Source of the DNA: a virus
Lineage: Duplodnaviria > Caudoviricetes
Direction: 5' to 3' (one strand)
IMG/VR virus record: IMGVR_UViG_2654587921_000002
Coordinates: 15,023 to 79,022 of that record
DNA length: 64,000 nt
How positions within the stretch are numbered: position 1 is the first letter of the stretch; each line of letters begins with the position of its first letter. The notes beneath the pieces are model-generated. The model was not told the DNA's origin. It did no database searches and saw only the letters and a program-made list of their open reading frames with translations. The position numbers were made by a program, and so were the translations under genes. Positions 46,806-57,410 of this stretch are shown one piece after another.

Positions 46806-47406
46806 CTCCCCGGTACTTGGCTAACGCCTCCGCTAAACATCTGCCGTGTCCCGTGTCTCCTAGTTTGTTTTGCTTTAACCATGCAAGGGTATCAGTGGCG
46901 ACAGTAACCAGATACTGTACCCGCTCCCCGGCCTGCTCTGGGGTGGTGGAGAGGGCTTGGTCAACCTTGCTATATTTCGCTAAACACCTTTCTGTATGTG
47001 GCTCATAATCACAAGACGGCTCGTATTTGCATACGTGACATTTTATATAAGAGCAATCTTTCAGCGCTTTTCGAGCTATTTTGTTCTCCCATTCATGCGT
47101 TGTTAGTCCAGCTATACAATCCAGCGCCCCCCGCACCACCTCATAAGCGGCCTGGAGGTTGTTAATTTTGTGTTGCTGGTTATCAAATATTGCGCTCATG
47201 TCAAGCATTTTTAAGCAACAAGCTTTGTATGCATCGGCAATCTTTTGGTCAGTTTCAGCTATTTCTTTTTCAGCCGCCTCCAACCGGGCGCGGAGGTCGG
47301 CGTTTTCTTGCAATAATCCGTCGATAACAGCACTACCAAAAAACGTTTTTCCTTCCGCTCTTGCCTTTTCAACATAAGCAGAGTCATATTTTATACACTC
47401 ACTCAC
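46789..47406 (-). CDS. Hypothetical protein
   Basis: Coiled coil plus CxxC; operon-coupled. Confidence 0.6.
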   Translation of the reverse strand: MSECIKYDSAYVEKARAEGKTFFGSAVIDGLLQENADLRARLEAAEKEIAETDQKIADAYKACCLKMLDMSAIFDNQQHKINNLQAAYEVVRGALDCIAGLTTHEWENKIARKALKDCSYIKCHVCKYEPSCDYEPHTERCLAKYSKVDQALSTTPEQAGERVQYLVTVATDTLAWLKQNKLGDTGHGRCLAEALAKYRGGADGE

Positions 47407-47681
47407 CCGCGCTCACTCCTTTTATTCCAAGCCGCAACAGCCTGTTCTTTGGTGTCAAAATATCCGCTTGAAGCTCCGCACCCACCTTTGCTAAAATTAC
47501 AAACCACCAAAACATATTCTTCATTGTCGCAACACTCAAATTCCTTACAGTCTTCCAATCTCTTGCAGTCGCTAAAATCAATTTCACTTCCTCCGCAAAA
47601 CGGACAAGGTTTTAACTCACTCACCAGCGCCAGCCTCCTTCTCCAATTTAGCCCCGCAGTACGGGCAGTATATAACTTCAT
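47403..47681 (-). CDS. Lar-family restriction alleviation protein
   Basis: LKPCPFCGG...CGA.......A.AAWNKR. Confidence 0.85.
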   Translation of the reverse strand: MKLYTARTAGLNWRRRLALVSELKPCPFCGGSEIDFSDCKRLEDCKEFECCDNEEYVLVVCNFSKGGCGASSGYFDTKEQAVAAWNKRSERG

Positions 47682-47853
47682 TCAGTACCGTATAAAAACG
47701 CAAATACCACTTTGCTGGTTTGTTTCCTGGCATTTGTACTTTCTCGACTCCAATAGTATCAATTTTATCTAAGACTCTACACCTATGCTCATCGACTGTT
47801 AACGCCATGCTCACCCTACTCCGCTCCCTTTCGCTGTAGTCGGTCATGTTCAT
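47617..47853 (-). CDS. Small zinc-ribbon protein
   Basis: IYCPYCGAKL. Confidence 0.55.
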   Translation of the reverse strand: MNMTDYSERERSRVSMALTVDEHRCRVLDKIDTIGVEKVQMPGNKPAKWYLRFYTVLNEVIYCPYCGAKLEKEAGAGE

Positions 47854-48082
47854 TCAACACCCGGCAAAACTCTTTGCAGTCGCACCCTGCGCACAAAACC
47901 TTATCCTGCTTGGCTTTTACCGCCGCCCTCCCAAGCTCTGCCTCCGGGGCCAGCGCTTTGATTAATTCAATAGTGTGCTGCAAATTCATAATGTCTCTGG
48001 CGGTACAATCTGCATGTACCAAAATAGCAATTGCATATTCTATAACATCTATCGCCTGCTCCGGCGTAATCTTAGCGTCCAT
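47816..48082 (-). CDS. Hypothetical protein
   Basis: GGAGG RBS; operon-coupled. Confidence 0.55.
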   Translation of the reverse strand: MDAKITPEQAIDVIEYAIAILVHADCTARDIMNLQHTIELIKALAPEAELGRAAVKAKQDKVLCAGCDCKEFCRVLNEHDRLQRKGAE

Positions 48083-48638
48083 TGGTGGCCTCCTTCACCT
48101 TACGTTTTATCTCCCAAAGTTCGTTTTCCACTTCATTGCATCTACGCTGTGTATTTCTCAATCTCCGTTCAAGATCATTAGCCCGATTCTGCGCAAAATG
48201 CATATGGGATACAGCGCTTTTAACTTTCATCCGTTCAGACAGACCGCGACTTAAGACAATATACTGCAAGACTTCAAATACAGCATCTTTATCAAATTCA
48301 TTCCGCTTGGCCTTTTTAACACAGACTAAGCGATTATCAACCACATGGTATAAACCGATTCCGGCTGGCAAATCGTCCTTTCGAATTACTTCCGGCGGAC
48401 TGACAAAGTAAAATGTGTTACAAACCGGCAAATAGTTTTGCCATTTCTTATCTTGCAGGAAGTCGTTCCGGCTGACTTTTACTTCATAGCCGATTGTCCG
48501 CATGTTTCGGTATGCCTGAGACATTGCAAAGCCATCAAGGATATAACCTTTTGTGCCTCGGTATACATGAGCGAAGAATTTTAGCTTTTGCTCGGTGCAG
48601 TGGCGGTGCAGAATTCGAATTACATCACTCTCAGTCAC
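48072..48638 (-). CDS. MmcB-like PD-(D/E)XK protein
   Basis: GYEVKVSRNDF..D.KW..Y...C..FYFV.P. Confidence 0.82.
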   Translation of the reverse strand: MTESDVIRILHRHCTEQKLKFFAHVYRGTKGYILDGFAMSQAYRNMRTIGYEVKVSRNDFLQDKKWQNYLPVCNTFYFVSPPEVIRKDDLPAGIGLYHVVDNRLVCVKKAKRNEFDKDAVFEVLQYIVLSRGLSERMKVKSAVSHMHFAQNRANDLERRLRNTQRRCNEVENELWEIKRKVKEATNGR

Positions 48639-48831
48639 TTGTCCCCTCCGTCCCCGGCAGCGGCGGTATAATCATCCAGTGAGTTTTATCGTGTAATGTC
48701 ATATCCTTCCGATATGTACCAACACCAAAACCAAGCTTCACATCATTAACGATTATACGCTGTCCATTTCCCGGCATAGTCTCCGGCGACACCGGCACCC
48801 ACTGCTGGGCCGCCTCTAACTGCTCTTTCAT
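48631..48831 (-). CDS. DUF551-like protein
   Basis: WVPVS..MP...THWM..PPLP. Confidence 0.75.
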   Translation of the reverse strand: MKEQLEAAQQWVPVSPETMPGNGQRIIVNDVKLGFGVGTYRKDMTLHDKTHWMIIPPLPGTEGTSD

Positions 48832-48934
48832 GCCCTAAAGTCACATAGTTACCCCGGCCAGGCGATTTATACCAACACTCTATATAATCAATCACGCTCA
48901 TTCTCTCCACTCCTTATTGTTTGGTTAGGCGGGG

Positions 48935-49306
48935 TTAGCCTTTAGCCAGTAACTTCAGCAAATGAATCAGATTCCCCCTGTATTGCATCAACGGCCGTCG
49001 CTCCCGCTCATATTCCTCTCGGTCTTTAAACCCAAATTCGCCGATTACCGGCTGTATCACATACCCATATTTCTGGTCCGGTTTTAATACGGCCCCAATA
49101 TTCCGAATATATGCTAACATCGAAACCAATTCGCGCCCTGAATTAAACTCGGCCATTTCAAATAACCGCATCCATAACTCATGATCGCCTGGCGAGTGCT
49201 CCGAATATTTATCCTCCCATTGATAGGCAGTCATTTCTTTTAATAAATCAGTCGGTTCCGGTATGACCTGTTCAGGCGCATCGAAAAATTTGTCAAAAAC
49301 GCCCAT
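48935..49306 (-). CDS. Hypothetical protein following the origin
   Basis: GAGGTGG RBS; ORF track. Confidence 0.7.
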   Translation of the reverse strand: MGVFDKFFDAPEQVIPEPTDLLKEMTAYQWEDKYSEHSPGDHELWMRLFEMAEFNSGRELVSMLAYIRNIGAVLKPDQKYGYVIQPVIGEFGFKDREEYERERRPLMQYRGNLIHLLKLLAKG

Positions 49307-49327
49307 TTTATACGCACCACCTCAAAA

Positions 49328-49625
49328 TATCCTACTGTATCCTACTCGGTATCCTACTAAAAAAACCTTGAAACCCGCGCCATTGCTGGATGTATCCTAC
49401 AAATCCTACTATCCTACTCGAAAAACATACCTATAAGAGATATAAAAAAAATATTTTTTATAGGCAGGGTAAATTGTGTAACAATATTTTTTTTGCTCGC
49501 GCGTGTAGCGTGTTTTTGTAGTAGGATAGTAGGATAGTAGGATATTTATATATAAGAATATAGATAATATAAGGGTTTATAGGTGTTTTTTTGTATCCTA
49601 CTCGTATCCTACTCGTATCCTACTC
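49328..49625. repeat. Iteron cluster, probable phage replication origin
   Basis: 12 copies of core ATCCTAC in four triplets (49328-58, 49393-418, inverted 49520-44, 49593-625) around an AT-rich centre, directly downstream of primase-helicase. Confidence 0.8.
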
Positions 49626-49649
49626 TTTAAAATTATTGTTAACTAGACA

Positions 49650-52535
49650 CTATTTTTCGAGTTCTGAAAGCTTAATACATATCATTCTGACCTGTGTTCG
49701 TGTTTCACCGGGTTTAGTTCGTTTGATTTTAAAAACTCTTTTACCAGATTCAATTGTCGTAACTATTTTCTCGTCATTTGCCAATTCGCGAAGAACTTTT
49801 TGAGGAGAAAATCCACGTTCCCTAAGCACGTCATTAAATACAGTTGGGTTTATACATAAATACAATTCATCTTTAAAACCGTAAGACATCGGCATATTTA
49901 CCCGAAATTTACCTTCGTTTGCCTGGGCCCAATCCACAATATAGTCCCAGGCTTTAGTTACGTCACTGGCCTCCGTTTTTGTGACCATGCCAGCAATGAT
50001 ATGCTTCGCAAGTTCTGCGGCCTCGCCCGCCGCCCCGGCCTCATCGGCGCCAAAAATCCACTGGCTAACCAGGAAATCGGCGAGAGCCACCACAGAGACT
50101 GAGTCGATATGAGAGTCAAGTTTTTCCGGGAATTGCTTCCGTATTCCGGCACGCATATCGTTGAACGTTTGTTTTAATGTATTGCGGTCGTATTTTATTA
50201 ATCGCCGGATAAACTCTGTCCCGGCATGTCCGTGGTGATCGGCTGTCAGGCGATACAGATCCGACGCGAAGGGTTTGTTGTCGGCAAACGGTCCGCCGTA
50301 AATTTCAAGCGTTCGGGTAACGGCTCCGGCCGTGGACGAATCCCCTGACAGCATCCCCTCGCCGGTGGATAATACGATTGTCCGCCATGTCGCCGTTTGT
50401 TGCATACCACCGGACTTATTGCCGCGGTTGCGACCTTTTCCTTCAGCAATTTCGTAAATTTTATTTGTTGCCTCGGTTTTGTCTCGCATGGTTTCGCGTT
50501 CATTGAGGCCCATTGGCAAGTCATTACACAGGGAAAGTTTCTTCTCAATACCGGTTTTCGTGGAATCAAAACTAGTGCGCAATTCGTCCGGATCACCCCA
50601 GGCCGACAGCGCCACATAAAGTGCGGCCGTTTTGCCGTCCTGAGAATTCCCCCAGTTATGTATGAAAAATATTCGCTGTGACAATATCCGTAAAAGCGGC
50701 GCTGCAAACGATGCAGATAATATAAATCGAGCTACCGGCCGCTGCCTGACTTCGGCGGCGAATTGCTTCCATTCATCAAAACTGCCAGATATTCGGTATC
50801 CACACACCGCAGAGTTTGCGGCCGTGTCGTCAAGGTCTAGCCGGTAACCTCCTTCGGCGCCCGGGATAAATATCTCATCGCCGCGCCAGCCCATGCGGGA
50901 TACGGCTTTACCTTCAGGTATACTGTTTAAGTTCGCGCCCTCAAGTTCATCAAACCATTTCACCAGCCACCTGGCTGATTCACTGGATACGGTAAGGCCT
51001 TTGTCAGCCAGTTTAATAACTTTTTTGGCATCAAACACTTCTGAACGGGCTAATAAAACCGACTCCCATTTACGGCCACGAAGAAACGTCACTTCGATTT
51101 TTTCAATATCGCTGTCGATATTTCTAAGCCGGCTTGTGAGTAATACTGGCACATGTGACGCCCGGTAAGTTTTGACGTTATCCCGGGACCAATCCTGATA
51201 TAAAATTCCGTTTCGTGTGCATATCCAGTCCGCCGGAATCATCATGTCAACTGGTGAGTCAGGGATAATTGTTTTTACGCCCTGTGCTGGCGCTCGGCTG
51301 GCAAGCTTTAGTTTTGCGGTGTGTTTTTTAAGCGCGGCCTTTAATGTATTGACGCTGATTTTACCTTTCGCCCGGGTTTTGAATATCTCAAACTCGGCCG
51401 GATCCTGCTCTTGCAACAGTGCCAATGCGCCGATAATTTCGTCGTTAAAAACTGTTTGAGTTTCGACCGGTACCGTTCGGGCTATGGCGCGAGCGCGGGG
51501 AATTTTTTTGAGTGCCCACCCGCAAGGAGCCTTAATATCCTGGCAGCCGCCAGGTGGACAACCGGTGAAACCTAATGTACCGGTTATATACTCGCAACTG
51601 TGGGGATGATTATCTTCCAGCGAATGCCGAATTTTTTCTTCCGTTTTCTTTGGATCATATTTGACTCCCAGCACTGGCCGGATTAATTCATGGATTAGCT
51701 CTGGACCACCTTTACAGCGGGACAGATTCGCACAGGCAGCAAACCATTCAGGTTCAGGTATTTTCCCAATGCTGGACCGGAAACGCGCCAAAAATGCACA
51801 TTGAGAGATTGCCAGTTCCGCCGATCCGTCACCGTCTCGGCGTTCGAATTTTGTTTTCCTGGTTCTGTCGCCGGTGGCCTGTTGGGGCTCGGCTGTGTAT
51901 GGTTCCAAATCAGATGGGTTGTAACGTTCGGATGATTCATGAATGATTTTTACTTCGACCGGATCCGATTTATAGTTTTTAGTACCAGGTACCCTTAGGA
52001 CGCGAGACAGGTCATGCGTTGAATCAAATTTATAACCTAAGGTTGCGGCATGCTGCCTTAATGCAGTTTGAAATCCGTGCAGTAATTCAGATGCTTGTTT
52101 CCACTCTTCTGGCGTATCAAGTGTCCAAATTTCGCGAAATAGCCAATAAGCATGAAGGCCATGCCCTGAATATATGATTACGCTCGGCTCTAACGGTATC
52201 GCATTGATAACTTGCATGGCTGCACCGATATCAGATGGCAGTTTCGTTTCGGCGTGTGCATCACCGCTAGCAATATCCATATCGAACCATAGGCCCGGAA
52301 TAGCGGTTATTTCTTCGGCGGTTATGCGTTCGTAGTCGCCTTTAGGTTTATCTGTGATGCCGACGCCAAAGTATACGTTTTTCTGTGCATTAGAGAGCCG
52401 CAAAGCCGTTTTTATGGCATTGTCGGTATTATCTATAGGGAACCAATATGTCCGTTTGTCTGGGAGCGTCCAGATCGATAGATATCCGGACTCAGCATTG
52501 CCGTATAGTTCTTCAAAAAAATTCACCCGTAACAC
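49650..52535 (-). CDS. Primase (RepB/AEP-like) fused to DUF927 helicase
   Basis: WFDMD, YSGHGLHAYW, RVLRVPGT; HSCEY..C..C Zn motif; GNSQDGKT, LNERE, STGE. Confidence 0.92.
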   Translation of the reverse strand: MLRVNFFEELYGNAESGYLSIWTLPDKRTYWFPIDNTDNAIKTALRLSNAQKNVYFGVGITDKPKGDYERITAEEITAIPGLWFDMDIASGDAHAETKLPSDIGAAMQVINAIPLEPSVIIYSGHGLHAYWLFREIWTLDTPEEWKQASELLHGFQTALRQHAATLGYKFDSTHDLSRVLRVPGTKNYKSDPVEVKIIHESSERYNPSDLEPYTAEPQQATGDRTRKTKFERRDGDGSAELAISQCAFLARFRSSIGKIPEPEWFAACANLSRCKGGPELIHELIRPVLGVKYDPKKTEEKIRHSLEDNHPHSCEYITGTLGFTGCPPGGCQDIKAPCGWALKKIPRARAIARTVPVETQTVFNDEIIGALALLQEQDPAEFEIFKTRAKGKISVNTLKAALKKHTAKLKLASRAPAQGVKTIIPDSPVDMMIPADWICTRNGILYQDWSRDNVKTYRASHVPVLLTSRLRNIDSDIEKIEVTFLRGRKWESVLLARSEVFDAKKVIKLADKGLTVSSESARWLVKWFDELEGANLNSIPEGKAVSRMGWRGDEIFIPGAEGGYRLDLDDTAANSAVCGYRISGSFDEWKQFAAEVRQRPVARFILSASFAAPLLRILSQRIFFIHNWGNSQDGKTAALYVALSAWGDPDELRTSFDSTKTGIEKKLSLCNDLPMGLNERETMRDKTEATNKIYEIAEGKGRNRGNKSGGMQQTATWRTIVLSTGEGMLSGDSSTAGAVTRTLEIYGGPFADNKPFASDLYRLTADHHGHAGTEFIRRLIKYDRNTLKQTFNDMRAGIRKQFPEKLDSHIDSVSVVALADFLVSQWIFGADEAGAAGEAAELAKHIIAGMVTKTEASDVTKAWDYIVDWAQANEGKFRVNMPMSYGFKDELYLCINPTVFNDVLRERGFSPQKVLRELANDEKIVTTIESGKRVFKIKRTKPGETRTQVRMICIKLSELEK

Positions 52536-52672
52536 TCCCTAATCATTGCCAATAAAAACACGGCCCAGGCAATTAATGCCGCGTTTACAATAAAAATACC
52601 AATCTTAAAACATGCGTCGGAGATTGCTTCCCTCCTTCGCGCGGTGAGTTTTAGCATTTATGGAATACCTCC

Positions 52673-54439
52673 TTAAAGGTGAGAGTATTGCCTGTATGGT
52701 TGCTGCACAGCGTCACATAGCTCCGGCAAATTTGCACTTACCAATGCTTCTGCAAATTGTGGCGGCACCGCATTTCCGCATCTTGCCACCTGTTTAGCCT
52801 TTGAATACCGCTTACCATTACAATCCTGATCAATAATGTAATCGGCTGGGAAACCCTGAGCAGCGAACAATTCATGTGGCTCTAGCATCCGCATGCCGAT
52901 ATCTACTATTTGATAATCCTGACCGTGAATAGTGACTAATCCAAGCCGGTCCTTAGTTGTGATAGTGTGTACCGGTTCCTCTATACTCTGACCAATGGCT
53001 GTCCCATAGTATTTCAGTAGAAAGGCCCTTACTTCGCCAAAGTGCAAACCGCCGGCAGTAATTGTTTGTATCGGTTCAGCCACTTCCTGCCCTATGTTAG
53101 TGCCTTTCATTTTAACCAAATGACTGGTAACTAAGGCGTTGTGATCAACCGTGGTTACTGTCGGCACTGGTTCATCCATTCCGGCGCCAGGACCATTATA
53201 ATTACCGCCGTAATGCTTAGCGAGGAAAGCAGCTACCAATTGGGACTTACCACCACCGCCGGCCGTCACTGTTCCTAGAGGTTCATCCATGATATGGCCT
53301 ACCGAATTACCAAACTGGCGAGAAATGAAGGCGGTAGCAATGGCGAATTTATTACCTCCGGCGGTTATAGTCCCTAATGGCTTATGTATATTGAGAACAC
53401 GGGGTTCCTGCCCCTCCCGTTCTCCATATCCCATTTGGATCAGCGTTGGTGCAATAAGCAGATGTTCTGCCTTGCTGACAATAGTAGTTAGCGGATCATT
53501 AATCGGGTACTGCTTCCGGTCACCGCTAAATCCTGTATGTCCGATCTGAGCTACAAAGGGAGTAACTATACCCCAGCCATTCTTTGCCGTGATAGTCTGC
53601 AATGGTTCGTCAATCTCCTGGCCGCGAAAGTCAACGCCGTGATGATTAACCTTGATGACAAAGGGTTTAGGGTTATTTATAACAAACTTCTGAATCCCCC
53701 GGGCTATACGGCGCATTGTGTTTTCGGCCAGTGGTTTCTTACGTTCAAAGATACTCTGACACGGTAGTGACCAATCAATTATTTCGGCTGCCGTTCGCCA
53801 TGGTTTGAGCTTCCCTTTCTTTACTTCCGGGCTGTCAGGATGACCGTGAGTAGGTTTCGGCCAAACAATCTTCCGCCCGTCACACCTGGCTATGAGGAAT
53901 AAGCGTTTCCGTATAGTCGGAGCCCCATAGTCACAGGCCCGGAGCTCACGCCATTCAACTTTATAACCATGTCTTTTCAATGCGTTCACGAAAGCCTTGA
54001 ATGTAATCCCTTTTTTCTTAGGGTCTGGCTTACCGTCTTTAAGCAGCGGCCCCCAGGTCTGAAACTCCTCTACATTCTCCAACATGATAACCCTTGGCTG
54101 TACAGTTGCGCCCCATCGTAACGTTACCCATGCAAGGCCGCGAATTTTCTTTTCAACAGGCTTACCACCTTTGGCTTTTGAAAAATGCTTACAATCCGGG
54201 CTAAACCAACACAATGCTACAGGCCTGCCTTTGGTTGCTTCCCTAGGGTCAACATTCCAAACTGATTCGCAGTAATGCTCTGTATCGGGATGGTTAACTG
54301 TATGCATTGCGATTGCATCAGGGTCATGATTAATTGCTATATCTACGCTACGGCCTATTGCTAAAGCAATTCCGGTGCTGGCCCCGCCCCCACCGGCGAA
54401 GTTATCGACTATGATTTCTTGAAATAACTGTTGTTGCAG
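52673..54439 (-). CDS. C5 DNA cytosine methyltransferase
   Basis: Motif I FAGGGG lies upstream of the called ATG, so the start is moved to CTG 54439 (GGAGG RBS); SPDC, ENV, R.R, RCGNAV. Confidence 0.93.
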   Translation of the reverse strand: MQQQLFQEIIVDNFAGGGGASTGIALAIGRSVDIAINHDPDAIAMHTVNHPDTEHYCESVWNVDPREATKGRPVALCWFSPDCKHFSKAKGGKPVEKKIRGLAWVTLRWGATVQPRVIMLENVEEFQTWGPLLKDGKPDPKKKGITFKAFVNALKRHGYKVEWRELRACDYGAPTIRKRLFLIARCDGRKIVWPKPTHGHPDSPEVKKGKLKPWRTAAEIIDWSLPCQSIFERKKPLAENTMRRIARGIQKFVINNPKPFVIKVNHHGVDFRGQEIDEPLQTITAKNGWGIVTPFVAQIGHTGFSGDRKQYPINDPLTTIVSKAEHLLIAPTLIQMGYGEREGQEPRVLNIHKPLGTITAGGNKFAIATAFISRQFGNSVGHIMDEPLGTVTAGGGGKSQLVAAFLAKHYGGNYNGPGAGMDEPVPTVTTVDHNALVTSHLVKMKGTNIGQEVAEPIQTITAGGLHFGEVRAFLLKYYGTAIGQSIEEPVHTITTKDRLGLVTIHGQDYQIVDIGMRMLEPHELFAAQGFPADYIIDQDCNGKRYSKAKQVARCGNAVPPQFAEALVSANLPELCDAVQQPYRQYSHL

Positions 54440-54493
54440 GGCTCTCTCCTCCCTTTATAGAAATGGGGCGACCATCGCCGCCCCATAATTTAA

Positions 54494-55069
54494 TTAAAAT
54501 ACTGTATCCGATTCCTCCGCCGGTGCGGCGCCGTCCTGAGATGCTGGCTGTTCGTCGGCCGGGGCCGTGTCAGTCGTATTTTCGGCCTCCTGCTCCTTGT
54601 TAAACTCCAGTTCCGTCTGCTTCAAAGCCTGATCTAACCGCTTCAAATCGTCCGTTACCAGGCCATGTCGCTTAATCAAACTGGCGAATTCCTTGATCTG
54701 GTAATCTCTGAGCGACCAGCGCACATCCCCGGCCGCTGTAGAGTTTTTCTCGCATCGGCTGAGTTGCTTGTCCAGAATATACATACGGGTTTTTTCATCG
54801 ACCTTTTCCCAAACCTTGGCGTTTATAATCACTCGGAACACGGTTTCGTCCATCATAAACCGATTTGCACCCGATATTACCTGCACATCGGCATCGACTG
54901 GACTGCCTTTCTTCTGCCATGAGCCGGTACGCATCAGATATGCAATTTTTGCTTCCGCCAGGTGTCCGTGATGGTCATCAATCAGGCGGGCTGCCATAAC
55001 CGTTATTGCTTCCGGCGCATATTCGTAGCCGGTCTTTTCCTTAGGTGGTTTAAAACTTTTTCTTGCCAT
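54494..55069 (-). CDS. Putative phage metallopeptidase-fold protein (HExxH degenerate)
   Basis: HH.HLAEAKI.YL, INAKVW, EF..LIKRHG; LDKQLSRC replaces the usual HEL.H. Confidence 0.6.
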   Translation of the reverse strand: MARKSFKPPKEKTGYEYAPEAITVMAARLIDDHHGHLAEAKIAYLMRTGSWQKKGSPVDADVQVISGANRFMMDETVFRVIINAKVWEKVDEKTRMYILDKQLSRCEKNSTAAGDVRWSLRDYQIKEFASLIKRHGLVTDDLKRLDQALKQTELEFNKEQEAENTTDTAPADEQPASQDGAAPAEESDTVF

Positions 55070-55473
55070 TAAATATCACCTCTCTGTTGTTTTTGGCCGG
55101 TAACAATGGCCACGGCGTCTTCGACACTCCGGGCGATACCGGCACGGGCACCGCGAGCTTTCATGATACCGATAAAATTTTCTTGTTCGGGCCGGATTCG
55201 TCCGGCTGGGGTTTTGACCTCGATGGCGGCGAACAAGCCGATTTTTTTATTTATCATGTCGTGGGTTATCGTGATTGGGATTATTCCGAATAAATCACTG
55301 AAGCCTGGCGGTAGGCCGGTGTTAAAAGGTCGGGCGTTTTTTAAAATTATGTTGCCGCCTTCCAGCCGGATAACATCGTCTCCGGTCCAGGTTTGGCCAA
55401 CATTGGCACGGAAGAAGGTGCCATGTTTTGATAATTCCAATCGAATTAAATTCTGAATGTCTGTTTCGCGCAA
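55069..55473 (-). CDS. VRR-NUC domain nuclease
   Basis: ETDIQ, G.SDL, IEVKT..GR...EQ..F, ARSV. Confidence 0.92.
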   Translation of the reverse strand: MRETDIQNLIRLELSKHGTFFRANVGQTWTGDDVIRLEGGNIILKNARPFNTGLPPGFSDLFGIIPITITHDMINKKIGLFAAIEVKTPAGRIRPEQENFIGIMKARGARAGIARSVEDAVAIVTGQKQQRGDI

Positions 55474-55477
55474 TAAA

Positions 55478-56848
55478 TCACCGCCTAATATTTTTTAATT
55501 TTGCCTGAATAAACACCCACGACGGCTCATAATTCCTTTCCTTTGCAATCCGCTTTAATTCATCAATCGTCCGCGCCCGTCCAACCTCCTGGCGTAACTG
55601 CTTTTTCTCCCTGGCGATAAACTCTTCAAGTTCTCCCGCCTCTTCGGCCAGCTGCCGTTCAGAGATTTGGTATTGATATCCGCATTCAGGACATACAGGT
55701 GCTGGCTTATGTGCATAGTAGCAGCAGGGACACTGCCTTATAAATACCTTTGCGGCCTCACCTTTACGCCGGGATTTAACCTCTGATTCTAACGTCCAAA
55801 CCCTATCAGCGTCAGGCAAATCATGGTGAAATACGTTGCCGCAGTGATCGAGAATTGTTGCTATCTTAAATGGATTATCTGGGTCAGGCCTTAACGCCCG
55901 GCCGACCATTTGTATGTATAAGCTCAGTGATTGAGTCGGCCGGAGCATTATAACACCTTCACAATTTGGAATGTCGGCCCCTTCGGTATAAAGCTCCACA
56001 TTCACAAGTACAAGCGTTTCTCCGCGTCTAAACCGTTCCATAGCCGCTTCGCGTTCTTCATCTGGGGTGTTGCCATCTACGGCCTCGGCTGGTACACCAG
56101 CATCGCAAAACTGCTTGGCAACCTGTTTAGTGTGTTCAACGGATACACAGAAAGCAATGGCCCGCTTGCCTGGAAGAAACCTTTCGTAGTGCTGGATTGC
56201 ATCACCGGTAATATGGCTTTTAGCGACAGCCTGGAATAGTTCTCCCTTGGCATAATCACCAGCAAGTGTAGGTACACTGTCCAGATTCATTACTTGAGGC
56301 GGGGCCAGGTATTTGTATCTGCATAAGAATCCCCATTCCATCAATTGCCGGATAGACGGTCCCTGTACCATTACGTCATAACAATCTGACATGGGCTCGC
56401 CGGAAAGTCTTTTCGGGGTAGCGCTAAGGCCGATTATAATGGAGTCATTTTCATAATAATAATCAGCAATTTCACTCCATGTGCGGCTTTTTTGGTGCTG
56501 AGCTTCGTCGACTATCAATATTTTAGGAATTGGAATTTTGGCTAGTCGCCGTCTCAGGGTTCCCACACTGGCTACTTGCATTAGCAGTGATGTGTCTTGC
56601 GCTATCCCTGCTTTTATAATGCCGTGCGGGACAGATATCCGGTCCAGTGTATTACTTGCTTGTTTTACTAATTCCGTCCGGTGGGCCATCATACAGGCTC
56701 TGTAACCGTTGCTTATAGTGCCTTTAAGGATAAAAGATGCAATTGCTGTTTTGCCGCCCCCACAGGCAAGTTGTATTAATATACGGCGCTGGCCATCTTT
56801 GATTTGTTCGCGGACTTTATTGATTATTTGTTGCTGGTAATCTCGCAA
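55478..56848 (-). CDS. SF2 DEAD/DEAH-box helicase
   Basis: ACGGGKT, VDEAQH, SATP, EGAD.P, QMVGRALR. Confidence 0.93.
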   Translation of the reverse strand: MRDYQQQIINKVREQIKDGQRRILIQLACGGGKTAIASFILKGTISNGYRACMMAHRTELVKQASNTLDRISVPHGIIKAGIAQDTSLLMQVASVGTLRRRLAKIPIPKILIVDEAQHQKSRTWSEIADYYYENDSIIIGLSATPKRLSGEPMSDCYDVMVQGPSIRQLMEWGFLCRYKYLAPPQVMNLDSVPTLAGDYAKGELFQAVAKSHITGDAIQHYERFLPGKRAIAFCVSVEHTKQVAKQFCDAGVPAEAVDGNTPDEEREAAMERFRRGETLVLVNVELYTEGADIPNCEGVIMLRPTQSLSLYIQMVGRALRPDPDNPFKIATILDHCGNVFHHDLPDADRVWTLESEVKSRRKGEAAKVFIRQCPCCYYAHKPAPVCPECGYQYQISERQLAEEAGELEEFIAREKKQLRQEVGRARTIDELKRIAKERNYEPSWVFIQAKLKNIRR

Positions 56849-56927
56849 TTTAAATGCCGTTATTTATACCTCCCTTACGGGAGAGCGCGGATACCCCGCG
56901 CTCCTGGTAGTCTCTTAGCTGCATAGG

Positions 56928-57410
56928 CTAAAACGGCATCTCTTCCTCGGGGAATTTGTCGTTGCCGAACGCAGATTGATTAGTTGCGGCCTGTGTCTGG
57001 GCTACCGGCTTTTCAACAATCCGTCTCAGGTTTTTAAATTGGCCGTTATTGCCTGACTTTAATTCGATCTCAACGGTTTGACCAACAAGCCCTTTCATAA
57101 TGTTTTCAAGATTGGCGGATGTCGGAGTAAAGCCTAAGTATTTGAAGTCATCAGTAGCTCGACGCACAGCTTTTTTATTGTCCTCGCTGTTGTCGTTTTT
57201 ATAAAACGCTCGGTCAATCCAGATATGACTTCCTTTTTGTTCACCATCAATAACCTTAAGTTCCCAATGAACCTTGTCTTTCGTTTGGTCTTTGGTTTTA
57301 CCAAACTCGCACTTTATTACTTCAGCCTGATATTTACCATCCGGTAAATCATCGGCAAATTGCTTTACCTCTTGTCCTGCTGCTTCATCCCAAATATCTT
57401 TAAAACTCAT
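56928..57410 (-). CDS. DUF669 ssDNA-binding-like protein
   Basis: LPDGKYQAEV, acidic C-terminus EEEMPF. Confidence 0.8.
   Translation of the reverse strand: MSFKDIWDEAAGQEVKQFADDLPDGKYQAEVIKCEFGKTKDQTKDKVHWELKVIDGEQKGSHIWIDRAFYKNDNSEDNKKAVRRATDDFKYLGFTPTSANLENIMKGLVGQTVEIELKSGNNGQFKNLRRIVEKPVAQTQAATNQSAFGNDKFPEEEMPF

Noticed and set aside
49328-49625. CRISPR array or VNTR
   Set aside because: Units are 7-11 bp, occur in both orientations and have no unique spacers; position fits iterons.
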